64,000 nucleotides of DNA from Sulfurimonas sp. (lineage in GTDB: Bacteria > Campylobacterota > Campylobacteria > Campylobacterales > Sulfurimonadaceae): the NCBI GenBank assembly GCA_027082875.1, contig JALWTK010000046.1, forward strand, positions 4,677 to 68,676, written 5' to 3'. The translations under genes and the position numbers were made by a program. The notes under the pieces are model-generated. The model worked only from the letters and a program-made list of their open reading frames with translations, was not told the origin of the DNA and ran no database searches. Positions 46,240-55,135 of this stretch are shown here, piece by piece. The stretch's first letter is position 1; each line of letters begins with the position of its first letter.

Positions 46240-48162
46240 TTAGAATGTGTACTCCATATTGAGCCAGATCTTTCTATCTGAAATCTGTATTTGTTTAGGA
46301 TGGAGGCGACCTTTGTATGCTTGTTCCATGGACTTGTTGAGTATGTTCTCAGCTCTTAAACCAAAAGAGAGATCCTGCGAATAGTGATACTTTAGTGCAG
46401 AAATAAGTTCATAACTTGGAAGTATATTTAAATTTCCAGAACGACTTGTGTACTTGTAGCCATTTTTATAAATCAAAGTATTATAAAAATCAAAGTCTTT
46501 ATAGCTGTTAAAAGCACTTAATAGAGCCTCAAAATTTGGTGAGTAGTTTATATCATCACTATTTTTACCGTAAGCAAGATTAAGAACAATTTTATTGTCA
46601 AGGTCAAATTTATATGTAGAATCAAGTTGAATATAGTCTTGCACTTGATCGTTTGAGGAGTTTATCCATCCATTTGCGGAGAGGTAAGCATACTCTACTA
46701 GACCCATACTTTTCATATAAACATATGTGAGAGTACTCTCTAGTTTATCACTTGTATAATTAAGTGATGCAGTGGCTATATCTGTTTTTATAGTATCTAA
46801 ATTAGGATTTGCCTTATATGGAGTGTTTCCAGGATTATAGATTTGATAAAAGGAGAGAGGGACATAACCTTTTTCGTAAAATAATTTTGCTTTAAATGAG
46901 TCAACTTTTTTTATAAAACCAATCTTTGCTAAGAGCTCATTTTGATCTTTAACCTCTTTGTCGTAACGAAAAAAATCTCCTTTTATAGAGGTGACAACTC
47001 TAAAACTACTATCAATGTCATAATTATCCTCAGCATAGAGGGAGTACATATTTAAAGAGTTTGCAATATTACTGGTATAAGTAGTTGGTGTTAGAGAGTC
47101 TATATAGTCTCCATTTGAGCTAAAACCTTTATATTTATAAAATCCATCAAGAAGAAGGGAGTTGTTAGATGTTGTAAACTTTTTTTCTATGATAGCGGAG
47201 AAAATATTATCTTCAAAGGTAATATCGTAATCTTGTATAGTTTTTGAACTTGGAGTAGCAATAGTAAGACCATTTTGGTCAATATAGTGTCTCTCATAAG
47301 TGAGGTTGTCATAAGAGAGTTGCACTTTAATATCTTGAGAAAAAGTTTGTGAAAGGTGTATATAACTATGTCTTGCCTTTAAATCTCCATTTTCTGGAGT
47401 GTTGTATTTTCCTTTTCCTAAAAAGTTGTCGTTTCGCTTTTGATAACTTGCTATATCAGCATAAAAATTGTTATAGTTTAGGGTTGCAAAGAGATTATAT
47501 CCCTGTTTATTACTATCTATATTGTACTCTTTACCATTGTACGAAGTCTTGTACTGTTCTCTTTTTATAGAGTCACTATTGGCATAGGCAAAATAAGAAA
47601 TACCATTTTCAAGAATATCTGCTGTATACATATTTGCATCATAACTACCAAGGTTATCTGCTAATAAACGCACCTTTGATCCACTATCTCTATTTGCATT
47701 TTTTGTATAGAGCTTTATAATAAGTGCTGCATTTTCATTTCCAAACTCCATAGACGAAGTTGCCTTATATATTTCGATATGGTCAATATACTCAGTTGGC
47801 ATCTCTCCCCAGATTTGAAAAGCACTACCAAAAGAGCTAGAACTTACATCGTGATCATTAATATAGAGTCGTGTATAAGAGAGTGGAAAGTTTTTATTTG
47901 AGGGGATAGCTATACTGAGAATATTACTCGAACTACGTGCAGCATAGATACCAGGGACGATTTTTAAAAAATCATCAAGAGTATGTATCTGCATCTTTTC
48001 TAAATCATCTCGTGTATATACTTCTGCAAAACTTGAAGAGTCTTTCATCGTCATTTTTGAAAGGTCTGAAGTTTGCTGATAACTAGAGAGTAAATCATCT
48101 AAGTTATCTTCAGCACAAGCAAGAAGAGATAAAGATGATAATAAAAAAACATATTTTAACAT
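46240..48162 (-). CDS. TonB-dependent outer-membrane receptor
   Basis: Signal peptide; plug YTRDDLEKM...TL.DFLKIVPG; IDHIEIYK; C-terminal ENILNK...WLNMEYTF. Confidence 0.85.
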   Translation of the reverse strand: MLKYVFLLSSLSLLACAEDNLDDLLSSYQQTSDLSKMTMKDSSSFAEVYTRDDLEKMQIHTLDDFLKIVPGIYAARSSSNILSIAIPSNKNFPLSYTRLYINDHDVSSSSFGSAFQIWGEMPTEYIDHIEIYKATSSMEFGNENAALIIKLYTKNANRDSGSKVRLLADNLGSYDANMYTADILENGISYFAYANSDSIKREQYKTSYNGKEYNIDSNKQGYNLFATLNYNNFYADIASYQKRNDNFLGKGKYNTPENGDLKARHSYIHLSQTFSQDIKVQLSYDNLTYERHYIDQNGLTIATPSSKTIQDYDITFEDNIFSAIIEKKFTTSNNSLLLDGFYKYKGFSSNGDYIDSLTPTTYTSNIANSLNMYSLYAEDNYDIDSSFRVVTSIKGDFFRYDKEVKDQNELLAKIGFIKKVDSFKAKLFYEKGYVPLSFYQIYNPGNTPYKANPNLDTIKTDIATASLNYTSDKLESTLTYVYMKSMGLVEYAYLSANGWINSSNDQVQDYIQLDSTYKFDLDNKIVLNLAYGKNSDDINYSPNFEALLSAFNSYKDFDFYNTLIYKNGYKYTSRSGNLNILPSYELISALKYHYSQDLSFGLRAENILNKSMEQAYKGRLHPKQIQISDRKIWLNMEYTF

Positions 48163-48302
48163 AATAACTCCAAGATATTTGTTCTTAAAGTATATACTTT
48201 CTCTAATGAATAGTAGCTGAAAATCAGGAGGACTACTTATAAAAATGAAAAAAAGAGAGGAAATCTGCTATACTAAAATGAAGAGAAAACAAAGGGAAGA
48301 AA

Positions 48303-48833
48303 ATGGCAGCAAAAGCAACAATTTCAAAAGTAAACTTAAACATCGCAAATATGGACACTCACTACTACGGGGAGCACTCTCTCACCTTAGCACAGCACCC
48401 TTCAGAAAATGATATGCGACTTATGGTAAGAGTTCTCGCATTTATACTCAATGCAAACGAAGACCTAGTTTTTTGTAGGGGAATATCGCAAGATGATGAG
48501 CCAGATCTTTGGCAAAAGAACTTAAGTGGAGACATAGACCTCTGGATAGACCTTGGTCAGCCTGATGAGAAACGGATAAAAAAAGCCTGTGGTCGTTCTG
48601 CAAAGGTCATCATCTACACCTATCAAGAAGGAATGGCGACTTCATGGTTTACTCAAAACAAAAAACTGCTCAATAGATTTAAAAACCTCAGTATCATTTA
48701 TCTTAAAATGGATGCTGACATAGAAGAGTTATGCTCGCGTTCTATGACTCTTCAAGCCAACATTACAGATGGAGAACTCTCCCTTATGAATGATGAGAAG
48801 AGTGTTGCTATTTTAGAAGATACTTGGAAATAA
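48303..48833 (+). CDS. yaeQ: YaeQ-family protein
   Basis: MAAKATI.K, LAQHPSEND.RLMVRVLAF, DEPDLW, LWIDLGQPDEKRI.KAC. Confidence 0.92.
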   Translation: MAAKATISKVNLNIANMDTHYYGEHSLTLAQHPSENDMRLMVRVLAFILNANEDLVFCRGISQDDEPDLWQKNLSGDIDLWIDLGQPDEKRIKKACGRSAKVIIYTYQEGMATSWFTQNKKLLNRFKNLSIIYLKMDADIEELCSRSMTLQANITDGELSLMNDEKSVAILEDTWK

Positions 48834-48854
48834 ACAACACTCTTTAGTAAAAAA

Positions 48855-51131
48855 TTAGGCTATCTTAGCTCTTACAATTTTTACTGCCTCGACCATATTT
48901 ATAAGACTTGGTTTTACCTCCTCCCACTTACGAGTTTTAAGACCACAGTCGGGATTTATCCAGAGTTGCTCTTTTGGGAGTACTTCTAGGAGTGACTCTA
49001 TCTGTGTTACCATCTCTTCTACTGTTGGCACACGAGGAGAGTGGATGTCATAAACTCCTGGTCCTACTTCTTGTTTGTAGCCAACTTCTGCAAAGATTTT
49101 TAGAAGTTCGTTACCACTTCTTGCAGTTTCAATGCTTATGACATCTGCATCCATCGCTTCGATAGTTCTGATGATGTCGTTAAACTCACTGTAGCACATG
49201 TGTGTATGTATCTGAGTCTCTACTCTTGCCGAGCTCACTGCTATCTTAAAATCACGAACTGCCCATGCTTCATAAGTGGGAATCTTTGTCTCTCTGAGTG
49301 GATACCCCTCTTTAAACGCCGCCTCATCAACTTGAATCATCTTGATACCTGCGTTTTGTAAGTCATCTACTTCATCACAGATCGCTAAGGCTATCTGCTT
49401 GGAGACATCGCCACGAGCCATATCATCACGAACAAATGACCAGTTTAAAATAGTCACAGGACCAGTGAGCATTCCTTTCATAATCTTGTCAGTTTTACTC
49501 TGAGCATAACTACTCCACTCCACAGTCATAGGCTTAGGACGGCTAATATCTCCATAGATAAAAGGAGGTTTCACACAGCGACTTCCATAACTCTGCACCC
49601 AGCCATTTTGACTAAAACCGTAGCCTTTTAGTTGCTCTCCAAAGTACTCGACCATGTCGTTACGTTCTGGCTCACCATGTACAAGCACTTCTAAGCCACA
49701 CTCCTCTTGAAACGCGACACACTCATCTATGTAGTTTTTCATCTCTTGGATGTAGTCTGCTTTTTCTAGTTCACCGTTTTTGAAGCTACGACGTGCTGCT
49801 CTTACCTCTGGTGTTTGAGGAAAAGAACCTATAGTTGTTGTGGCTAAATCCTCGTAGCCGAGTTGCTCTTTTTGTATCTTGATACGCTCTTCATAAACGC
49901 CATCACGAGAGAGTTTATTTATCTCTTGTACTCTAGTTTGTACTGCCTTATCATGGATAAGTGTAGAAGTTTTACGAGACTCATTTGCTTCTTTATTTTC
50001 CTGGAGTAACTCTTCTTGTTCCTTTGAAAGATTTTCTTCAAAAGTAAGAGCAGTAAGAAGTGAGAGTTCCTCTAGTTTTTCTACTGCATAGGAGAGCCAG
50101 TTTTTAATCTCTGTATCCATCTTCTCTTCATACTTCAATGTAAATGGAGTATGCAAAAGTGAACAGGATGTTGAGAGGAGAATTTGCTCTTTATTTACTA
50201 TGTCTGTAATGCTTTTTATAAGAGTAGAAGTCGCCTTTAAATCACACTTCCAGATATTTCTTCCATCAACTACACCTGCAAGAAGTACTTTATCACTTTT
50301 TGCAATAATTTCTAAACTCTCTGTGTTCTCACTCCCGTGTAGAAAATCAAGTCCAAGTGCCCATATAGGAGTATTTACAAGGATTTTAGTTGCTTCGTTC
50401 GAATGCTCAAAGTAAGTGACTAGAGCTATTTTAATATTAGATGATATTAGTGCTAGTTTATCGTATGTTGGCTTGAGTAGAGAGAGAACTTTTATATCTA
50501 AGTCTTTAACTAAAATAGGCTCATCTATCTGCACAATAATCTCTTCATCAAGTAGGGAAATCTGCTTTAAAAGCTCTTCATAAACTGGTAAAATTTTACT
50601 ATAAAGTTCATAAACATCACCACCATCTTGGCGTTTAGAAAGACCTAAAAATGTAAGTGGTCCTATGATATTTATCTTCGCGTTTATACCAAACTCTTTT
50701 GCCTCTTTGTACTCATTTATAATCTTTGTGGCATTGAGTTTGTAGCTATCTTCAAGAGAAAGTTCTGGAACGATATAGTGGTAGTTTGTATTAAACCACT
50801 TTGTCATCTCCATCGCTACTGCATTTTTGTTTCCTCTAGCCATAGAAAAGTATAATTCTTCATTCTTGAGTGAAGCAAATCTAGAAGGAGTAGCACCAAG
50901 AGTGACTATCATATCGAGCATATTGTCGTATAAAGAGAAGTCATTTGTACTAATGAGGTCTATACCTGCATCTCTTTGATAAGCCCAGTGTCTCTGTTTT
51001 AACTCTAAGGCAACACTCTGTACTTTAGTAAACTCACATTTTTTAGACCAAAAAAGCTCTAAGACTTTTTTTAACTCACGCTGCTCTCCAATTCTTGGAA
51101 ATCCTACTACATAGCTTTTATTTTCTGACAT
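48855..51131 (-). CDS. metE: Cobalamin-independent methionine synthase
   Basis: GFPRIG..RELK, EMTKWFNTNYHY, HGEPERNDMVEYF, HTHMCYSEF, WINPDCGLKTR Zn ligands. Confidence 0.97.
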   Translation of the reverse strand: MSENKSYVVGFPRIGEQRELKKVLELFWSKKCEFTKVQSVALELKQRHWAYQRDAGIDLISTNDFSLYDNMLDMIVTLGATPSRFASLKNEELYFSMARGNKNAVAMEMTKWFNTNYHYIVPELSLEDSYKLNATKIINEYKEAKEFGINAKINIIGPLTFLGLSKRQDGGDVYELYSKILPVYEELLKQISLLDEEIIVQIDEPILVKDLDIKVLSLLKPTYDKLALISSNIKIALVTYFEHSNEATKILVNTPIWALGLDFLHGSENTESLEIIAKSDKVLLAGVVDGRNIWKCDLKATSTLIKSITDIVNKEQILLSTSCSLLHTPFTLKYEEKMDTEIKNWLSYAVEKLEELSLLTALTFEENLSKEQEELLQENKEANESRKTSTLIHDKAVQTRVQEINKLSRDGVYEERIKIQKEQLGYEDLATTTIGSFPQTPEVRAARRSFKNGELEKADYIQEMKNYIDECVAFQEECGLEVLVHGEPERNDMVEYFGEQLKGYGFSQNGWVQSYGSRCVKPPFIYGDISRPKPMTVEWSSYAQSKTDKIMKGMLTGPVTILNWSFVRDDMARGDVSKQIALAICDEVDDLQNAGIKMIQVDEAAFKEGYPLRETKIPTYEAWAVRDFKIAVSSARVETQIHTHMCYSEFNDIIRTIEAMDADVISIETARSGNELLKIFAEVGYKQEVGPGVYDIHSPRVPTVEEMVTQIESLLEVLPKEQLWINPDCGLKTRKWEEVKPSLINMVEAVKIVRAKIA

Positions 51132-51132
51132 T

Positions 51133-51217
51133 ACAATATCCTTTGTTTTTCGTCATTTCTGACTAATATTTTGTTTTTGTTGTTTGTATGGTTTTTATAT
51201 AGTTATAGGGATATTGT
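51133..51217 (-). promoter_or_regulatory. Anti-SD/SD stem sequestering the metE ribosome-binding site
   Basis: mRNA ACAAUAUCC (51217-51209, last codons of the leader ORF) pairs with GGAUAUUGU (51141-51133, metE SD and spacer); the intervening spacer is A/C-rich and G-poor with a GUCA-GAAA-UGAC mini-hairpin. Confidence 0.6.
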
Positions 51218-51397
51218 TAGAGGAGGGTGGATGCCTGAACGGCGAAATGCAAAACAGACAGTATAGTAAGAACATCTTGGTATAAAATGATTTAACAGTA
51301 CCATTAGTTTTGATTTTCTTGTTAGGAGAGTATGACAGTGGCAAGGTTTATTGCTGTTGATGATTTGTGTAAACTTAAGTAAATCTTGTAATGCCAT
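51203..51397 (-). CDS. Putative metE leader peptide (64-aa uORF)
   Basis: AAGGAG RBS 5 nt before ATG; extended -10 about 24 nt upstream; CHCH and GIHPP motifs; stops 71 nt before metE. Confidence 0.65.
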   Translation of the reverse strand: MALQDLLKFTQIINSNKPCHCHTLLTRKSKLMVLLNHFIPRCSYYTVCFAFRRSGIHPPLTISL

Positions 51398-51420
51398 GCT
51401 CTCTCCTTTATATTTTTTGT

Positions 51421-51429
51421 ATTATAGCA
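51421..51429 (-). promoter_or_regulatory. Extended -10 promoter (TGCTATAAT) for leader-metE
   Basis: Perfect TGnTATAAT; predicted TSS near 51414. Confidence 0.65.
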
Positions 51430-51434
51430 CAAAT

Positions 51435-51457
51435 ACTGTTTTTATGAAAAAAACAGT
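51435..51457. promoter_or_regulatory. Palindromic candidate operator in the divergent promoter
   Basis: ACTGTTTTT-ATGAA-AAAAACAGT between two opposing TATAAT boxes (51421-51426 minus, 51469-51474 plus). Confidence 0.35.
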
Positions 51458-51500
51458 CATAGATTCGCTATAATAATGTGAAATAAGCGAAGGACAGTTA

Positions 51501-51950
51501 ATGCAAGAATCTCTCAAATTTATACATGATAAACAGACTGATTACCAAAAAATTATTCTCAAAAATATTGAAAATTTTATTTATAGGGAAGAGCGTTACA
51601 GTACACCTTTTGCTATTATGCTTATCTATGTAGATACGCATGAGTGTAAATCAGAAAATTTAGTAGAAATGTTACGAAAAACAGATCTTCTTATTGATTT
51701 AGATAGTCATGTAAAGGCCATTGTGTTTGATTCCGTCTCCAATGAATTTTATATTAAGGCCGCTGAAAATATTGAGTATAAACTAGAAACTAAAAAAATA
51801 AATCTTTTATATAGTAGTGTAGTTGATTCAGAAAACTATAGTAAAAACTATACAAAGATGGTACATGATTTAGTAGAGATTTTAGAATATGCTATAGAAA
51901 ACAATTTTTCTAATGTTGTTTTGGATAATGATGAAGGTGATTTCCTATAG
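51501..51950 (+). CDS. Hypothetical protein, degenerate GGDEF-like fold
   Basis: RYSTPFAIMLIYVD...LRKTD resembles the GGDEF N-terminal strands; no GG(D/E)EF. Confidence 0.6.
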   Translation: MQESLKFIHDKQTDYQKIILKNIENFIYREERYSTPFAIMLIYVDTHECKSENLVEMLRKTDLLIDLDSHVKAIVFDSVSNEFYIKAAENIEYKLETKKINLLYSSVVDSENYSKNYTKMVHDLVEILEYAIENNFSNVVLDNDEGDFL

Positions 51951-51953
51951 AGT

Positions 51954-53540
51954 TTACTCCTTTACTATAAGACAGTTTCTTCCACTATCTTTTGCTTCAT
52001 AGAGTGCATCATCAACACGTTTGAGCAAGCTCTCTTTTGTATCAGCTGCTTTAAATGCTGTCATACCAATACTTATAGTAATATTTGAAGTTTTTTCAAA
52101 AGAATACTCTGCGATAAGTAAACGCAGTTTTTGAGCTACAGTTGATGCTTCAACTACAGAGATATGTGGAAGGAGTAACAGAAACTCTTCACCACCCCAT
52201 CGTGCAAACTCATCACCTTCTCTAATTTCTGCACTAATAAGTCTAGTTATCTCTTTTAAAACATAGTCACCAACATCATGTCCAAAGCTGTCATTAACCT
52301 TTTTAAAGAAGTCTATATCTAGCATTAGAAGAAAAAACTCCTCTTTGTAACGGTTAAACTCGACTATTTTAGTATCTAAGACTTCGTTCATATAGTAACG
52401 ATTTGCGATTCCTGTGAGGTTGTCTGTTTTAACTAAGAGTTCTAATTTCTTTTTTGTCTCTTGAATATCAGTGATATCCATTACAGTTCCCAGACCAGCA
52501 TGAGCACCTTCATAAAAGATAGTTTGTGTCATAACTCGCATCACTCGTGCTTTACCATCAGCATGCATAAATATAAGGTCATCATACTCTTTTGGAAACT
52601 CTTCTCCCCTAAGACGACGATTTACTATATCTTTTATGGACTCTTGAGAAGAGCTTGTTATAAGTTCCCAAGGGCGCTTTGTAAGCATCTCTTCACGTGT
52701 ATAGCCACACATCTTAGAAAACGCATCATTTACATAAACATAATAGTCTTGATAGATAAAAATCCCCATAAGTGAAGTCTCTGTGATTTTACGAAACTTC
52801 TCTTCACTATACTGAAGTTTTGCAAGAGAGTCTCGTGTTTGTGAGATATCATAAACACTCCCCATCAGAGTGATTGGCTTTCCTTTTTCATTAAATTCGA
52901 TACTTCCCGAACCTCGAACAAAGGCTACAGTTCCATCTTTGCGATGGACTTCATGCTCAATGCTATAAGGCTCTTTACTAGTCATAGCTTTGCGTACTAG
53001 TTCTTGAAGGATGTTTTGATCTTTTTGTTTAAGATAAGAGAGAAATTGTGCAAAGCTAGGTTTAAAGGATTGTGGTTCTTCTCCAAATATACGGTAAACT
53101 TCATCAGACCAAGTGATAATATCCTGTACTATATCCCATTTCCAATGCCCTATATGAGCAATTTGCTGCATCATCTCAAGCTCATTCTTAATACTTTTAT
53201 AGTGACTAGTATCGCAGAAATATGTAATAATATCACCATTATTCAGTTTTTGGATTTTATTACAGTGCCAGTACTCTTGAGTACTACGGGCTTGAAGTTC
53301 TATATCTACTCTTAAACTGCTATTGTCATTTTCTACTTTTTGCAGGGCATCTTCAAGATCTCTTTCCAAAGGGGAGAGAAAAATGTCGCTAAGTGGAGTA
53401 CCAACTAGCTCCTCTTTCGAACTCTTTAACTCTTGAGTGGCAAGGTTATTAGCCCCTACACAAGAAAAACTATTTTTGATACATCGAAAGAGTAGTAAGT
53501 TGATAGGGATATCATCAAGAGGAAGTTGCACTATGGACAT
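51954..53540 (-). CDS. Cytoplasmic PAS-PAS diguanylate cyclase
   Basis: HIGHWKWD...WSDEVYRIFG PAS, second PAS, DNLTGIANR, RWGGEEF. Confidence 0.92.
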   Translation of the reverse strand: MSIVQLPLDDIPINLLLFRCIKNSFSCVGANNLATQELKSSKEELVGTPLSDIFLSPLERDLEDALQKVENDNSSLRVDIELQARSTQEYWHCNKIQKLNNGDIITYFCDTSHYKSIKNELEMMQQIAHIGHWKWDIVQDIITWSDEVYRIFGEEPQSFKPSFAQFLSYLKQKDQNILQELVRKAMTSKEPYSIEHEVHRKDGTVAFVRGSGSIEFNEKGKPITLMGSVYDISQTRDSLAKLQYSEEKFRKITETSLMGIFIYQDYYVYVNDAFSKMCGYTREEMLTKRPWELITSSSQESIKDIVNRRLRGEEFPKEYDDLIFMHADGKARVMRVMTQTIFYEGAHAGLGTVMDITDIQETKKKLELLVKTDNLTGIANRYYMNEVLDTKIVEFNRYKEEFFLLMLDIDFFKKVNDSFGHDVGDYVLKEITRLISAEIREGDEFARWGGEEFLLLLPHISVVEASTVAQKLRLLIAEYSFEKTSNITISIGMTAFKAADTKESLLKRVDDALYEAKDSGRNCLIVKE

Positions 53541-53608
53541 TTAAGTTTCCTGAAATTTAGATAATAAAACATTATGACACACTAATCTTTAAAGTGCATT
53601 AAAGCCTC

Positions 53609-55021
53609 CTAAAGAGACTTTAAAAACTCACTCATAAAACGCACTCCAGCACCTGTTCCACCGTAGACATTTACATCCCATGGAGATTCAGTATAAGCTG
53701 ATCCTGCGATATCAAAGTGAAGCCATTTATCTTTGTTCTCTTCTTTGATGAAAGCATCCAAAAAGAGTCCAGCTGTGATAGCACCACCGTATGGTTTGTT
53801 AGAGATGTTACAGATGTCTGCTATCTCGCTTTTTATCTGTTTTTTGAGGTGTTTGTTAAATGGAAGTGTCGCTGTGAGCTCTCCTGCATTTGCAGAGGCT
53901 TTACCTACTGAGTGCTTCAGTCTGCTTGAGTGTCCCATTACACCAGTTGTGTACTGTCCTACTGCTACCATACAAGCACCTGTAAGTGTTGCAAAGTCAA
54001 AGATATAGTCTGCTTTTACCTTGTCTTGTGCATAATCAAGAACATCAGCAAGGACTAAACGCCCCTCTGCATCAGTGTTTCTTACTTCTATAGTTTTACC
54101 GTTACGCGATACTAAGACATCATCAGGTTTGTAGGCATTACCCCCTATCATGTTCTCAACTGCACCGATGAAAGCATTTATCTCTACATCAAGTTTCATC
54201 TCTGAAGCTGCTTTAATGATACCTAAGACTGCACAAGCACCAGCCTTATCCATCTTCATAGTTACCATAGAAGTACCCGGCTTAAGTGAAAGTCCACCAC
54301 TATCGTAAGTGAGACCTTTTCCTATGAGGTTGACTTTTTTCTTTGCGTTTTTAGGCTTATATGAGAGGTGGATAAGCTGAGACTCATGGCGAGAAGCACG
54401 ACCAACTGCGAGCATAGAGGTACAGTTCTCTTTAAGAAGTGCTTTTTCATCAAGTATTTTACAGCCTAGTCCATTTTCTTTTGCAAGCTTTTTAGCAAGC
54501 TTAGCAAATGTAACTGGATTTAGGTCTTCTGGTGTAGTGTTTACGATGTCACGAGTAAAACAAGTTGCATCAGCTACGATAACCGCATCACTAAAAACTT
54601 TTATAGCAGACTTATAGTCATCTTTTGTGTAGATAAGTGAGATGTCTTTGAGTTTTGGTTTACTTTTTGTAGTCTTATAAACCTCGTAGCTATAGCCACC
54701 GAGAACAAAGCCCTCTACTAATGCAGGTATAAGAGTTTTGTCTTCTATTGCAATGTTAGCACTTTTGTATTCAGTGTTTTTAAGAGCTTTTATAGCTACT
54801 GCACTTACACTTCTTACATCATCAGAAGTATGTGAGTCCACACCACAAACAAGAGTGTTTTTGTTATGTAAAAAGCAGATAGAGTCTTGGCTTGCTTTGA
54901 ATCCAGCAAGCTTAAGAGCTTTTTTGTTTTTACTTTTTTTGAGTTGATCAGCTGTGAGATACTCAAGAGAGATATCTGAAACAGCATCTGCAATATTTTG
55001 ATTAAGGAGTTGAATGTTCAT
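53609..55021 (-). CDS. pepA: Leucyl aminopeptidase (M17)
   Basis: GKGLTYDSGG, MKMDKAGA, NTDAEGRLVLAD, DFATLTGA, HFDIAG; start 55021 (alternative 55033). Confidence 0.95.
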   Translation of the reverse strand: MNIQLLNQNIADAVSDISLEYLTADQLKKSKNKKALKLAGFKASQDSICFLHNKNTLVCGVDSHTSDDVRSVSAVAIKALKNTEYKSANIAIEDKTLIPALVEGFVLGGYSYEVYKTTKSKPKLKDISLIYTKDDYKSAIKVFSDAVIVADATCFTRDIVNTTPEDLNPVTFAKLAKKLAKENGLGCKILDEKALLKENCTSMLAVGRASRHESQLIHLSYKPKNAKKKVNLIGKGLTYDSGGLSLKPGTSMVTMKMDKAGACAVLGIIKAASEMKLDVEINAFIGAVENMIGGNAYKPDDVLVSRNGKTIEVRNTDAEGRLVLADVLDYAQDKVKADYIFDFATLTGACMVAVGQYTTGVMGHSSRLKHSVGKASANAGELTATLPFNKHLKKQIKSEIADICNISNKPYGGAITAGLFLDAFIKEENKDKWLHFDIAGSAYTESPWDVNVYGGTGAGVRFMSEFLKSL

Positions 55022-55135
55022 AATAGTTTCCATATATAGATTTTATGAAATTATAATAGCTAAAGATGGATAAGAGTTAGATAATAGGGTAAGGGTCAAT
55101 ATGTTACAATGTTAAAAAAAGAGTGAAGGTGGAGT

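Noticed and set aside
48187-48200. 14-bp palindrome AAAGTATATACTTT upstream of the TonB receptor
   Set aside because: Largely explained by a -10-like TATACT in AT-rich sequence; does not match a Fur box that I can recognise.
51132-51420. Cobalamin or SAM riboswitch upstream of metE
   Set aside because: No B12-box or AGGGAA core and no SAM-I/II core on the metE strand; the region reads better as a translated leader. A cmsearch would settle it.
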